IMG/VR virus record: IMGVR_UViG_3300048856_000042
Coordinates: 1 to 61,120 of that record
Reading direction: 5' to 3' (one strand)
Length of the DNA: 61,120 bases
Source of the DNA: a virus
Lineage: Duplodnaviria; Caudoviricetes
The notes beneath the pieces were generated by a model, which worked only from the letters and a program-made list of their open reading frames with translations, was not told the DNA's origin and ran no database searches. The position numbers and the translations under genes are program-made. Shown here one piece after another: positions 25,696 through 36,297 of this stretch (positions are counted from its first letter, which is position 1; each line of letters starts with the position of its first letter).

Positions 25696-27846
25696 TTATC
25701 CGTTTACGAGTGGTGGTCCTGCGTACTTGAGAGTGAGGAAGGTTCGACGAGTAATTCCATCACCGTAGATGTTATCGACCGCGGCATTCATCACGGTAAG
25801 AGCGGCTCCCACACCAGGTGGGAAGAGGACCGATGGGGCAGAAGTGCTGCCTTGACCATCAGCTCCAGTATTGGGGAATCGAACCGAGGTGATAGCGGGA
25901 TAGGTTCCCGATGTGAAGTCCACCATGATGTTTCGATAAACTCCGGGGCCACCACCAGACCAGTAAGCTCCGGCGACTACATCATAGTATCCTCCAAATG
26001 GGGGAGTGATAACGTTGTTACCGGAGACCGTGAAGCCCCCCAGATTGATCAGTGGCGGATTGATTAGTGTGGGGGCAACCAAGGTACCTGCGGGTGAAGG
26101 CTGGAAGTCATTGGATTTGATCCGAGTGCAAACAAGATTACTACCCGGCAGGGGGTACCAACCGGCAGCATGTCCAGCTACCAAGCCTCGGGCAGTAAGA
26201 CTAGCAGTACCCGTTGGTACGTAATATGATTCAAACCAACCCTTTTCGGTGTTATACCAAACCACCTGGCGGTTAGCCAAAGCTACTTGCTGAGCGGTAG
26301 TAGTAAGGGTTCCATAATAGGCATTGCGCTCCGCGGTAGTCCCAGTGTGGGGCAGTCGATCCGTGACTACTCCTCGACCAGTCGGAGCTGGAATCAGGGA
26401 GCCATCTTGACCGGCATCAGTATCTGGTTTGATATAGACATCTCCAGCGATGTCCATACGACCCTCTTCGCGAAATTTTCCAATTCCCACACCTACCGAG
26501 CCGTCCCAGTGCATGAAGATGGCGGCAACTGCTACCGAAACGATGACCGAGCTTGTGGCGAATTCGTCATAAACCTCGATCAGCACGTCATACGCGGTAG
26601 TCAGTGAGAAGGTGCCAAACAGTTTATAGCTGGCAAACGAAGTACCCGTGAAAGTTCCGGATGACCTAAGTGTCCATGAACCCCCAGAATGAAGACGGGT
26701 ATACATTCGCCATCCCCACGAGTTTCTCTGAGTCCCGTTGAATAGGGAGCTCATCGAGGCTCCAAGGTTTACCCGGAAGTATGTACCCTGGTCTTCATCG
26801 ACAGTAGCATTTGAGAGGGCTCGCTTTACTGAGTACGAAGCGATGACTGGGGGCGCCCAGTTGAGGACTGTGATGTTCTTGCTAAAGGTGGCGGTTCGTC
26901 CTCGGGTATCAGTAACCGTAGCTCGAAGAGTAAGCGTCCCGGAGGCAGTCAGGATACCCGAAGTACCTTGACCCGAGTTAATCGTTTGAAGTACCGTAGT
27001 ACCTGAGAGAATTTCGATCTTTTGAGAAGCGATGGTCGAGCCTGCTATACCCTGGGGATCCACGATCTCCAGAGCCAGGGTACTGACCCCCTTAACATAC
27101 CTACCGATATTAGCCGCAACCCCTGGACTCGCTTCAATATCGGTAAGGCCACCAATGGTCGGTACATAGCTCGCAGGAACAGTGAGTCGGAATGGTGCCT
27201 CTGTTTGACCGATATAGGTTCCACCGCTATAGGTGTAAGTCCTCATCCACCCAACCATGGTGGTGGTATCGGGCATTTGCTCGATCAGCGAAAGAGGGGG
27301 TGTCCAGGTGGCAGTAGCCCCCCAGTCAGTAAGAGCTCTTGCCCCTATACTCCCGAAGTAGTAATCGGAGTTGTGAATGAAGTTAGCCGAAGCTCGGTTA
27401 GAGGCAACGTTCCAGGGCTGACCGGGGACACCGCTGTGCATATCCGGACTGACGAACTGGATGTTAGAAGCTCGAGGGATTGTCGGAAGACCAACCCAGT
27501 AACCACTAATAGAAGTCGCCCCGAGGATGTCATAATTGGCGGCCGCAGCCACCAGGACCGCGCCAGTACCATCAGCGTTATGAGGAACCCAGAATTGACC
27601 AGAGGCAATAAGGAAGTTACTACCATTACGGAAGTCGAACCCACTACCGCCGTAGTTCCAAACATAAACTCCACTGAGGGTCATCCATGAATGGGCGATT
27701 CCGCCAGAATGGGTAGGGCTGTAGGATCGCTTGTCAATAACCAACTGCCACCCGACAAGGGATCGGTTGTTAGCGATATCCGACTGAACGAACCAGACAT
27801 CAGTGCGCAGGTCGAACGGTCTGTTAGGAAATGATGCAGAAACCAT
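25696..27846 (-). CDS. minor tail protein / receptor-binding protein (DUF859-like N-terminus)
   Basis: QSDIANNRS, LPTIPRAS, VTDTRGRT motifs; beta-rich; position after tail tip. Confidence 0.75.
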   Translation of the reverse strand: MVSASFPNRPFDLRTDVWFVQSDIANNRSLVGWQLVIDKRSYSPTHSGGIAHSWMTLSGVYVWNYGGSGFDFRNGSNFLIASGQFWVPHNADGTGAVLVAAAANYDILGATSISGYWVGLPTIPRASNIQFVSPDMHSGVPGQPWNVASNRASANFIHNSDYYFGSIGARALTDWGATATWTPPLSLIEQMPDTTTMVGWMRTYTYSGGTYIGQTEAPFRLTVPASYVPTIGGLTDIEASPGVAANIGRYVKGVSTLALEIVDPQGIAGSTIASQKIEILSGTTVLQTINSGQGTSGILTASGTLTLRATVTDTRGRTATFSKNITVLNWAPPVIASYSVKRALSNATVDEDQGTYFRVNLGASMSSLFNGTQRNSWGWRMYTRLHSGGSWTLRSSGTFTGTSFASYKLFGTFSLTTAYDVLIEVYDEFATSSVIVSVAVAAIFMHWDGSVGVGIGKFREEGRMDIAGDVYIKPDTDAGQDGSLIPAPTGRGVVTDRLPHTGTTAERNAYYGTLTTTAQQVALANRQVVWYNTEKGWFESYYVPTGTASLTARGLVAGHAAGWYPLPGSNLVCTRIKSNDFQPSPAGTLVAPTLINPPLINLGGFTVSGNNVITPPFGGYYDVVAGAYWSGGGPGVYRNIMVDFTSGTYPAITSVRFPNTGADGQGSTSAPSVLFPPGVGAALTVMNAAVDNIYGDGITRRTFLTLKYAGPPLVNG

Positions 27847-30716
27847 TAGAGGGCCCTCACCACCGTTCCGTTAGCATCGAACTGTTCAATCTGGTGCCGA
27901 CCAAGTGTGACTCGCTGTCCGATGAGCTGGTTCACATACATTTGGCCAGAGTTCCAATAGGAGATGACGTTTCCGTTCTCCAACATCTCGATTCTATCAT
28001 TACGGACCGCAGTTGCAAAAACTGACCCGGGACTCGAAATGACTGCCCCATCAGGGCCAAAGTCATAGTACGTTTGCATCTCAGCGAGATTATCGCTGGT
28101 ATTCTCCAGGTCAGTAGCCACCCCATTGATTTGATTCCGGGTAGCAACGATGGTAACATTACCCTCGATTTGCAGTTCAGAGCCTACCTCAGGTGCGAGA
28201 TGGTTTGTCCTTACCGATCCAGCGATGAGAACGTTAGCATCGACCGAGTTGGCCTCGATATCGGGACCGGTAATACCCGTGATGGTGTGCTGAACAGCGG
28301 GAGAGGGGAGGGATTCAATTCCCACACCATCGACGGCGATCAGGTGAACCCAGAGGGCAGTACCAACCGAGAACTGGGGGAGAGGGATTGTACCGCCACT
28401 GCGGAAGAGCACCGAGCCTACTCGCTGCCAGGGGCCTGTCTCATCAGCAGCCACTTCGGCATAGACATACCGGAACTGAGGGGGCGGCAGGTAATCTCCC
28501 ATCAGGCCGTCCCAGGCCACCGACATTGTCCCTCGATGAGAGGTAACCGAAGGAGCATTCGGTGAGGGCATCGGTGTCGATGGACCCTCTGGAATGTGCT
28601 CTACCTCGGGTGACCAATCACTCCAAGCACCGTCATCACCCGCACGAACTCTGAACTTCCATACTGAGCCTGGTTCAAAGGGTTGAAGCGACATTTCAGA
28701 CTCGGTAACTCGACCGAAGTCAACCGGTCCGACCAGGGGCTCGAGGGTTGTATTACCGTCGCCATCGACATATTCCTCGAAGAGTTGACCCTCAACATTG
28801 TACCAGGTAGGGGTCATCGGATTGTCATTGATATCCTGAGTGACTGCAGTCCAGTCAAGCGTCACGATACCAATGGGAGTAACTCCGTTAGGCGACCATG
28901 CACCCTCCGAGGTCACAACTAGATCAGTTGGCGCCTTGGGTGTAGGCAGAGGAATATTGCCCGTATCAGGGGTAGTAGGCGGGAAGATGATTGGCCCACC
29001 CCCAGGTGTGGACCCCTCCGAGTTAGGAGAGCTGCCCGCGGCACCACCTTGACCGAGCTTATCCAGAATCTTGTTGATTCGATCTTCGTTATCACGGAAG
29101 ATCACATCAAACTCGATAGTGTATAGGGGTCGTCCTGCACTGCTCTCTTGAACCGAGATAGACATCACTCGACGAGGTACCGATTCACCAAACTCATTCG
29201 GAGCAAGAACCAGGTCGCCTACATTGAAGTCGATGTATGGCTTGTACTCAAGAGTTAGAAGGTCATAGCTGGCCCCCTCTTCTTCCTGAGCCCGCTGAGC
29301 GAAAACCGCCATAGCAATGTCTGCAGCAAGGGCGGCTGAGACTCCCGTATCGATACTTGACTCAAGACGGCCATACTCGTTCTTCGACGGCCCGTTTTCC
29401 AGGGTAATGAACCCATCGAGAGTCTTCAGTAGAAGATTGTTCTTGATCTTCGATTTGCTCTGAGTGGATGCAGTACGAAGGTGCTTACCGAGCTTGAACT
29501 CAATGGGAGTAGCAACTGCCGCGCCATTTTCAAAGATGAACTTGGTACGATCCACACCCCGTACTGGGATCATATGAAGCTCGAAGGTATCGGGGTCGAT
29601 CCAGATATCGACGGTGGATTCTTCAAGCTTGTTGACCACCGAGAGCATCGACTCGCCGACCTTAAACTCCCAGTCGATAAATGACTCTTCAGGCCAAGGT
29701 ACACCGTTCGAATCTACAACATCGGTGAAGGTCTTGGTGAGCTTAGTAGGAAAGAGAACCCCTCGGTCACCCGCCTCATCGAGAAGGTCTCCCATCACCT
29801 CACCAGGGGACCATCCAGGAGCCTTCTCAGGATAGGGCAAGACTTTCCAACCTGCCGCCTGAGACTGACCAACGAAGGTTTCAGCGCCATCGATTGCAAC
29901 CTTAGCTACTGCCATTGCCAGTGCAGCAGGACCCATAAACTCAGGACCATTGATGTTGTTTGCTCGATAAGCGATTACTGCCTGACCCCCGGGCAGATCC
30001 ACCTCTACTCGAGTGGCTTCCCTCCAGGCCGTCTTGTTATCACTGCTTTTGGCGATCTGCTCACCATTGATATAAAGAACATACTGGTCATCGGCTGCAG
30101 AGTAGATGGCATATCGACCCGCAGTAACGTTGATTGTGTATCTGAAGTAGCAGTAACCAAAGGGCATGGTAGGCAGCTTAGGCGAAGCCCAAATCCACTG
30201 AGCAGCAGTAGCACCAACGGGCCACTTTTCGGGTACTGGGTAAACCGATCCGCCTGTCACTGACCCCTGAACAAAGGGATCGATCCAGTCAGCGGGCTTG
30301 TACCAACTACCCTGCTCGGACGCGAAGTTGAAGAATCGCTTATCGCTCGAGAGCTGTTGAGTTCCCCCGACGGCTTCGACGCGCGCATCATCGAATAGCT
30401 GCTTCAGGCCGGGGCCAGCGAGCTTGTAGGTAAGCTCAGATCGCTCCCCACTGCTCACAATCGTCGATGCTCGGTCACCAATTAGGAAGGCCCCTACGAC
30501 TTCCCTATCGACGAGCACCTTGCAGATGTTGCGGCCCTTGAGCAGAGTGGGGTCACGCTTGAGCTTGGGATCCTCTCGACGAATCTCGAAGCTGCCGCCT
30601 CCCACACCACCAAGTTCTTCGAGGGCCTCGGGATTCTTACGTCCGGGCAAACGACCTTTGAGGGTGCTCCAATCACTGTAGTGATAGATTTCGAGCTGGA
30701 TGCCTTCGTTAGCCAT
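27846..30716 (-). CDS. minor tail (tail-tip/hub) protein with FN3-like domains
   Basis: Position after Dit; PTDLVV...LDW...FRVRA...WSDWS FN3 pattern. Confidence 0.75.
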   Translation of the reverse strand: MANEGIQLEIYHYSDWSTLKGRLPGRKNPEALEELGGVGGGSFEIRREDPKLKRDPTLLKGRNICKVLVDREVVGAFLIGDRASTIVSSGERSELTYKLAGPGLKQLFDDARVEAVGGTQQLSSDKRFFNFASEQGSWYKPADWIDPFVQGSVTGGSVYPVPEKWPVGATAAQWIWASPKLPTMPFGYCYFRYTINVTAGRYAIYSAADDQYVLYINGEQIAKSSDNKTAWREATRVEVDLPGGQAVIAYRANNINGPEFMGPAALAMAVAKVAIDGAETFVGQSQAAGWKVLPYPEKAPGWSPGEVMGDLLDEAGDRGVLFPTKLTKTFTDVVDSNGVPWPEESFIDWEFKVGESMLSVVNKLEESTVDIWIDPDTFELHMIPVRGVDRTKFIFENGAAVATPIEFKLGKHLRTASTQSKSKIKNNLLLKTLDGFITLENGPSKNEYGRLESSIDTGVSAALAADIAMAVFAQRAQEEEGASYDLLTLEYKPYIDFNVGDLVLAPNEFGESVPRRVMSISVQESSAGRPLYTIEFDVIFRDNEDRINKILDKLGQGGAAGSSPNSEGSTPGGGPIIFPPTTPDTGNIPLPTPKAPTDLVVTSEGAWSPNGVTPIGIVTLDWTAVTQDINDNPMTPTWYNVEGQLFEEYVDGDGNTTLEPLVGPVDFGRVTESEMSLQPFEPGSVWKFRVRAGDDGAWSDWSPEVEHIPEGPSTPMPSPNAPSVTSHRGTMSVAWDGLMGDYLPPPQFRYVYAEVAADETGPWQRVGSVLFRSGGTIPLPQFSVGTALWVHLIAVDGVGIESLPSPAVQHTITGITGPDIEANSVDANVLIAGSVRTNHLAPEVGSELQIEGNVTIVATRNQINGVATDLENTSDNLAEMQTYYDFGPDGAVISSPGSVFATAVRNDRIEMLENGNVISYWNSGQMYVNQLIGQRVTLGRHQIEQFDANGTVVRAL

Positions 30717-31546
30717 CAGACCCATGCCCCTCTCGCCTGAAGATTGATAACTCCCGCACCTGAAGTAGATTGAACGTGAATCACGTTAGTACCATGCTCG
30801 AGCTGCATCCACTGATAACCGCCCTGCCAGATGACTCGAGTACTTGCATCATACTCGGGGGCGTTCACGGGCTTATGAAATGCATCGTATGTCTTCGGTT
30901 CGATTCGAACATACTCACCAGCAAGTACTGCCTGGGGGTACGTGAACTGGAACTCATTGGTTTTGTTGAGAATGCGGGTATTGGTACGAGCACCATTGAT
31001 TGTGAACATCGCATTGAGGGTAGGGGCGTCACCCGGAACCTCGATGATGTTGTCGCCATTCACCAGGGGTACCTCGAGCAGGGTATCTGCATAGAAGAAA
31101 GGGTCAGCAAGCCTCAGATCGACCGTGAACTTTCCCGCATTGTTACCGATCATGGTAGGGGCAAGCCCGCCCGCATATTCTACCAGAGCCGTTGCTGAGA
31201 TGGGGTCATCACCATCGCCGTCGTAGAATCGCTTAGTGAGGGCGACTTGACGACGGGGATTCCAGAACATCCGAACCAGGTCGTGGTAATTCTTCTGATA
31301 CTGTCTTTTGGTCGCCTGAGAAGCACCCCCGCCAGCATCAGGGTCGACTCCTCGTGCCCACATCCCCAAAGTGATGACGTTCTGATCGGGAACCTTTTCT
31401 ACCCAGGTGGCCCCGGGAGTCAGAGGTACAACATCATTCTCGCCCCGAAAGTTCGGGATAGCGATGTTACTGAGCGTCTCGATCGAATGAGCGTAGGTGT
31501 GGAGGCTTCGTCCATCAGCTTCCCAGTAAGTCTCAGTGTTATTCAT
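30716..31546 (-). CDS. distal tail protein (Dit-like)
   Basis: Directly after tape measure; ADPFFY; LEHGTNVI. Confidence 0.75.
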   Translation of the reverse strand: MNNTETYWEADGRSLHTYAHSIETLSNIAIPNFRGENDVVPLTPGATWVEKVPDQNVITLGMWARGVDPDAGGGASQATKRQYQKNYHDLVRMFWNPRRQVALTKRFYDGDGDDPISATALVEYAGGLAPTMIGNNAGKFTVDLRLADPFFYADTLLEVPLVNGDNIIEVPGDAPTLNAMFTINGARTNTRILNKTNEFQFTYPQAVLAGEYVRIEPKTYDAFHKPVNAPEYDASTRVIWQGGYQWMQLEHGTNVIHVQSTSGAGVINLQARGAWV

Positions 31547-31547
31547 C

Positions 31548-34500
31548 TTAACCCACCACGTATGTTGTCTTGCGGATGGCGTTCGGGAGGGAAACGTCGA
31601 GGTTCTCGCCCTCTTCCTTCGTTACCTCAAGTTTCTCGATGTTAACAGTGTCCTTGTCCATGATCTCTGCAAGCTTCTCATTGAGTTCATCGAACTGGGC
31701 ACCCAGCGATACCTGCATCGGAGCCATTTGGCTTTGCAGATTCATCATCACGTCGAACTCCCGAGCAGCGTAGACCTGATCGTAGAAGGTCTCAAGCGAG
31801 TCGGCAACGATATCGTAAGAGCGGCGGAGACCGTTCTTCATGTTGTCGATACCGTTAATCATACCCTGAATGGTCTGAGTTCCAATAGCGCGGAAGACTC
31901 TCGAGGGCGACTTAATTCCCAGCAAGCCCTTGGCCCAGTCAATCGCTCCATTAACGACGTCGCCGATGACGTTCAGAATCTTCTGTCCTGCGTTCTTGAT
32001 ACCCCTAGCAAGACCATCGATCAGCTGCCCACCCATGCTGATCAAGGAGTTAATGAGTTGGGGGACCACCTTCGGAATAGCCTGAGCAATCCCGAGGAAG
32101 AGCTGAACAGCGGCGTTGATCAGCTGAGGAATAAGGCTGAGCAGGGTAGAGATAATGGTCGGGATCAGGTTAATGATCGCCGAAATCAACTGGGGAATGA
32201 TCTTGGGCAATGCTTGTACGAGAGCAAGGAAGAGCTGAATGGCTCCGTTAAGCAAGACCGGAATCATACTGATAAGCGAAGAGATGATGACGGGGATAAG
32301 CTCGATCACCGTAGTGATAAGCATCGGAATGATCTCAACCAGGGCAAGAATCAGCGAAGTGAAGAGCTGAATACCAGCTTCAATCAGAACCGGGATCATG
32401 CCGAGGAGTGCCTCAATCAGCATGGGAATTGCTTCTGTGATTGCCGTGAGGAGCTGAGGGATGATGATCGGGATAGCTTCAACGAGGCTCGTGAAGAGCA
32501 TGATGGCGGCTTCCAGCAAAATCGGAAGAGCCTCAACAAGAGCAGTCACGATTGCCAGGATAAGCTGGATGATCCCTTGGATGATCAGGGGCAAAGCAAG
32601 AGCGATACCCTGTACCAGGCCGGTGAAGAGCTGAAGAGCCCCCTGGATGATCATGGGCAAAGCGCCGATCAGGGCGGTCATTACCTGGAGGATCAGATCA
32701 ATAACCGCGGTAATAACCATCGGTAGAACCTGAATGATACCCGTGAGCAAGCCCTGGAAGAGAGTGAGGGCTCCCTGAATAATCATGGGCAGCATACCGA
32801 CCAATGATGTAATCAGGGTCGTAACCAGCTCAACCAAAGCATTGATTACAAGGGGGATCGCCTGAATCAAACCCTGGAAAATACCAGCGCCAATTTCTAC
32901 CAAGCCCTGAAGCCCGGTTGCGCTTGTTCCCACACCTGAGAATGCGCTAGCGAGGTCGCCCAGTAGCGTAGAAACGATCTGGATATACGGCGCCAGGATC
33001 GTCATGAAAAGGTTGCCCAGCTGAATCAGCAAGGGAACGATAAAGGCAAGAGCCTGAGAGAGCCAGCCCCCAACAACCCCCGCAAGCTGCATCAGTGCAG
33101 CGAATAGGGGCTGGAGCTGGACCATAGCGTTCTGGAACATCGCAACCAGCTGGCCCCATACTACCTGACCTTGCTCAGTCTGCGTGAAGAAGAATGCAAG
33201 AGCTGCAGCAATGGCTAGGAAGACTGCGATGATCGGTGTGGCAGGAAAGAGCAGCACTGCCTTCAGTCGAGCAACAGCGACCGTGAGAATTGGGAATACC
33301 TTGGCGAGTGTCTGTAGAGCCGGGCCGAGAACCAACACTAGCTGGGCCATGTTGAGTATTGCCCCAGCAAAAAGACCAGCCACCCCGATGAACGCGAGAA
33401 TACCCGCCACGGTTGCAATGAGACCAACGATCAAGCCGAGAATGGCAGGATCGAGTTCATTGAGCCATTGGGTTACTGCTACGAGTCCCTGAGTAACCCA
33501 GCGCATGAAACCATCGGCAGTAGCACCGACATTGATCTTCAGGGTCTCAAGATTACCCCTAAGAATCTCAATGTCACCACTCAAGTTATCGAGCCGCTGA
33601 GAAGCGATGTCGAGTGCCGTGGTCTTTCCGATCTCATCATTGAGTCGGGCCATGGCTTCTGAACCACCATCAAGCAGGTTCAGGATGGTAGGCAGTGAAG
33701 TGATCGGGAAGATGTTACCGAGGACGTCCATCTTCTCTGACGTAGTGAGTCCTGCAAGTGACCCGTTGAGTGTATCGAGCAGCTGAGGAATGGGCTTAAG
33801 CCCCCCATCCATATCCAGCAGCGCGTTGGTACCATCCTCGGTAACAATTCCGAGCTCCTTCAGAGCACTAGTGCCCTTTTTCGTAGGAGCCAGTAGTTTA
33901 TCGAACATCTGGCGAAGACCCGTACCAGCCTTCGATCCGCGAATACCTCGCTCACCCAGGAGAGCAATAGCGGTGTTGACATCGTCAAACTCAATTCCTG
34001 CCACCTTCGCAGACGCGCCGGCATAGGAAAGGGTAAGGATCAGGTCATTAACATCGATGGATGATGAATTGGCTGCACCAGCCAACCTATCGACTACGCT
34101 AACCGCATCCTCAGCAGCAAGACCAAAGGTGTTAAGGACCGTTGTCAGACCCGTTGCAGCATCTGCCAGGGGCATATCAGCCGCAGCGCCGAGGGAGGAA
34201 ACTGCCTCACCGATACCGGCAAGAAGATCCTGAACCCCGACACCCGACTTGGCAAGCTCGATGAACGAGTCGGCAATTTCACCGGCCGAGTAGATGGTGT
34301 CATTACCGAGGCGAAGAGCCTCTTGCCGAACTAGATCATATTGATCAGCAGCACCCGGACCAGCGACTGCGGTGAAGTAATCGAGCTTGCGTTCGAACTC
34401 GCCCGCAGCAAGAGCGGCATCGAGAAGACCGGCACCCAGTCCCACACCTGCCGCGGTGAATGCCGCTCCAACTGCAGCAAGCGCCCCAGCACCAGAGCCA

Positions 34501-34604
34501 AGAGCGCTAACCGTGGAAAGGTGTTCCTGACGAAGTTGGGTATAGGACTGCAGGGCATCCTTGACATCGAGCAGCATTTGTGCCCGCCATGTCATATCTG
34601 CCAT
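31548..34604 (-). CDS. tape measure protein
   Basis: 1018 aa; GIRGSKAGTGLR, DNLSGDIEIL, amphipathic repeats, LGIKSPSRVF. Confidence 0.93.
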   Translation of the reverse strand: MADMTWRAQMLLDVKDALQSYTQLRQEHLSTVSALGSGAGALAAVGAAFTAAGVGLGAGLLDAALAAGEFERKLDYFTAVAGPGAADQYDLVRQEALRLGNDTIYSAGEIADSFIELAKSGVGVQDLLAGIGEAVSSLGAAADMPLADAATGLTTVLNTFGLAAEDAVSVVDRLAGAANSSSIDVNDLILTLSYAGASAKVAGIEFDDVNTAIALLGERGIRGSKAGTGLRQMFDKLLAPTKKGTSALKELGIVTEDGTNALLDMDGGLKPIPQLLDTLNGSLAGLTTSEKMDVLGNIFPITSLPTILNLLDGGSEAMARLNDEIGKTTALDIASQRLDNLSGDIEILRGNLETLKINVGATADGFMRWVTQGLVAVTQWLNELDPAILGLIVGLIATVAGILAFIGVAGLFAGAILNMAQLVLVLGPALQTLAKVFPILTVAVARLKAVLLFPATPIIAVFLAIAAALAFFFTQTEQGQVVWGQLVAMFQNAMVQLQPLFAALMQLAGVVGGWLSQALAFIVPLLIQLGNLFMTILAPYIQIVSTLLGDLASAFSGVGTSATGLQGLVEIGAGIFQGLIQAIPLVINALVELVTTLITSLVGMLPMIIQGALTLFQGLLTGIIQVLPMVITAVIDLILQVMTALIGALPMIIQGALQLFTGLVQGIALALPLIIQGIIQLILAIVTALVEALPILLEAAIMLFTSLVEAIPIIIPQLLTAITEAIPMLIEALLGMIPVLIEAGIQLFTSLILALVEIIPMLITTVIELIPVIISSLISMIPVLLNGAIQLFLALVQALPKIIPQLISAIINLIPTIISTLLSLIPQLINAAVQLFLGIAQAIPKVVPQLINSLISMGGQLIDGLARGIKNAGQKILNVIGDVVNGAIDWAKGLLGIKSPSRVFRAIGTQTIQGMINGIDNMKNGLRRSYDIVADSLETFYDQVYAAREFDVMMNLQSQMAPMQVSLGAQFDELNEKLAEIMDKDTVNIEKLEVTKEEGENLDVSLPNAIRKTTYVVG

Positions 34605-34619
34605 GTCAGCCCCTTTCCC

Positions 34620-34913
34620 CTACTGAGTGAAGAGCATCGCCGGATCAGCGAATTGCCCCTGTGCCTTGTCTCCGAAGAGGAGTTTGTCCAGGGCCCTCTT
34701 GCGAGCAGCCTCGTTAGCGACCGTTTTCCGATCCCTCTTCGCGCCTACCTTATCCAGTTTGTTGGTGATCGTTACTCCGAGGTACCAGACTGCTTGATCA
34801 AGGCAGAAGGCTTCATAACTACCCGGCGTCAGTCCCAGACTTAGGCTTGGTGGAACTCGCATCTCCTTCGACTGAAGATACAACATCCACATTCCGCTCG
34901 TGTTGCTGACGAA
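34620..34913 (-). CDS. tail assembly chaperone C-terminal extension (GT), probably reached by +1 frameshift
   Basis: Overlapping ORF in the +1 frame between chaperone and tape measure; AAG TTT CGT at 34917-34909. Confidence 0.6.
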   Translation of the reverse strand, partial: FVSNTSGMWMLYLQSKEMRVPPSLSLGLTPGSYEAFCLDQAVWYLGVTITNKLDKVGAKRDRKTVANEAARKRALDKLLFGDKAQGQFADPAMLFTQ

Positions 34914-35421
34914 ACTTCTCGAGGTCGCGGGTACCTCCGGTGACCCACTGGAACAGGAACTGCTTGTCCAGTTCATCGATCTCGTCGGTGTAGAGAACTT
35001 CCTCCTCACGAAGGTCCTCGGGCTTCTTCACCTGGTCCTCAGGGTGGAGGAGATTCCATCGAGTCACATCTTCGTCGGTTGGGGCCATGCGGACATCCGG
35101 CTGGACGATGACCTCGGCAGTGACGATGTTCATCAACTCCATCATATCGCGGATGGAGTCCATGTCCTTGCTGAGGTCCTTGGCCTTGTTGACCAGCGAT
35201 TCCTTGGACTCTTCGCCACTCAGAGCGTCCTGAACAATCCTGAGCAGCGAATTGGGGATCTTACCAGAGGCGACGAAGGCCGTCAGTCCTCCAGGGTTGC
35301 GTACTTTGACGACCAGGTCAGAGGGGAGCTTCTGAAGGCCTCCGAGCCTCTCCTTGAAGTCGCCGATCTGGGATACGCGCAGCTGTTCAGCTGCCTTTGC
35401 GGTCTTGCGTGGGGTAGCCAT
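34819..35421 (-). CDS. tail assembly chaperone
   Basis: Position between major tail and tape measure; AGGAGG RBS. Confidence 0.75.
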   Translation of the reverse strand: MATPRKTAKAAEQLRVSQIGDFKERLGGLQKLPSDLVVKVRNPGGLTAFVASGKIPNSLLRIVQDALSGEESKESLVNKAKDLSKDMDSIRDMMELMNIVTAEVIVQPDVRMAPTDEDVTRWNLLHPEDQVKKPEDLREEEVLYTDEIDELDKQFLFQWVTGGTRDLEKFRQQHERNVDVVSSVEGDASSTKPKSGTDAG

Positions 35422-35461
35422 GGGGTCCTCCTAGGGGATCGGGCTATGGTGTGGATGGGGG

Positions 35462-36010
35462 TCAGGCGATGGTCAGCGGAACTGCCGTCTCGCGGTGGGT
35501 GAAGGTGTAGAGCTCGCCGGTCGTCTCGTCGCCGTAGCCCTTGCCAGAGGCAGAGGTCAGCTGGAACGAACCGTTCTCCATGGAACCTTCGATCGAGGAA
35601 TCAGCCTTGCAGCGCGAGACCTTGGTCTCGAAGTCGCCGCCGTTGTCGCTGATCGCTCGACCGTAGACGTTGAAGTACGGGCGAGATTCGGTGTTGAGCT
35701 TCTTGTAGGTGCGAACCGCAGCCGGGGTCGTACCGCTTTCGGTGTTGGTACCGCCGGCCATGACAGCCCAAGCGGCGAGCGAGATACCGCCACCTTCGAG
35801 CTCCCATTCAACCGTCGGTCCTGCACCATGCGATGCAACGGTGCGGTCGTCGCCTTCCAGCGTCTCGAAGTCCTCGGTCTCACTGAAGGAGAACGTACGA
35901 GAGGCGGGAAGAAAGACCGCGTTGGCTGCGTCCTCCGTGCCGTCAGCCAGGAGAGGCACCAGCTTCACCTGACGGAGACCGAAGGGGATCGCGTACTCAG
36001 CGAGTGCCAT
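35462..36010 (-). CDS. major tail protein
   Basis: Position; FGLRQVKL...LEGDD pattern; strongly biased codons. Confidence 0.8.
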   Translation of the reverse strand: MALAEYAIPFGLRQVKLVPLLADGTEDAANAVFLPASRTFSFSETEDFETLEGDDRTVASHGAGPTVEWELEGGGISLAAWAVMAGGTNTESGTTPAAVRTYKKLNTESRPYFNVYGRAISDNGGDFETKVSRCKADSSIEGSMENGSFQLTSASGKGYGDETTGELYTFTHRETAVPLTIA

Positions 36011-36203
36011 GATCTTCCTTTCGTGTTGGGTCTGCAAAGACCCGGGTGTCGGTTACTTTCCCCGTTGTTAGGGAAAGAGTATGAAGAACGACCAACCCCG
36101 GAGCGTGACCGCACCTGCGTCGATTGCACTTCACTTCAATACTGGTACCATCGTCGGAAATAATCCCGAAAAGAGTCCCGTCGCATCGAAGTTCTGTCGC
36201 CAT
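35997..36203 (-). CDS. small Com-like Zn-ribbon protein
   Basis: ELRC...LFG...IEVKC..RCG. Confidence 0.55.
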   Translation of the reverse strand: MATELRCDGTLFGIISDDGTSIEVKCNRRRCGHAPGLVVLHTLSLTTGKVTDTRVFADPTRKEDHGTR

Positions 36204-36297
36204 TTCGTTCTCTGTTTCTGCTTACCAGTAATTTATCATTGCGCGTAGAATAGGCACTCAGAGAAGCTGTATGGCGATGCTGAGGAAAGCCTACTGA

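Noticed and set aside
31536-32726. 396-aa plus-strand ORF with D/Q/R periodicity
   Set aside because: Antisense of the repetitive hydrophobic tape-measure region
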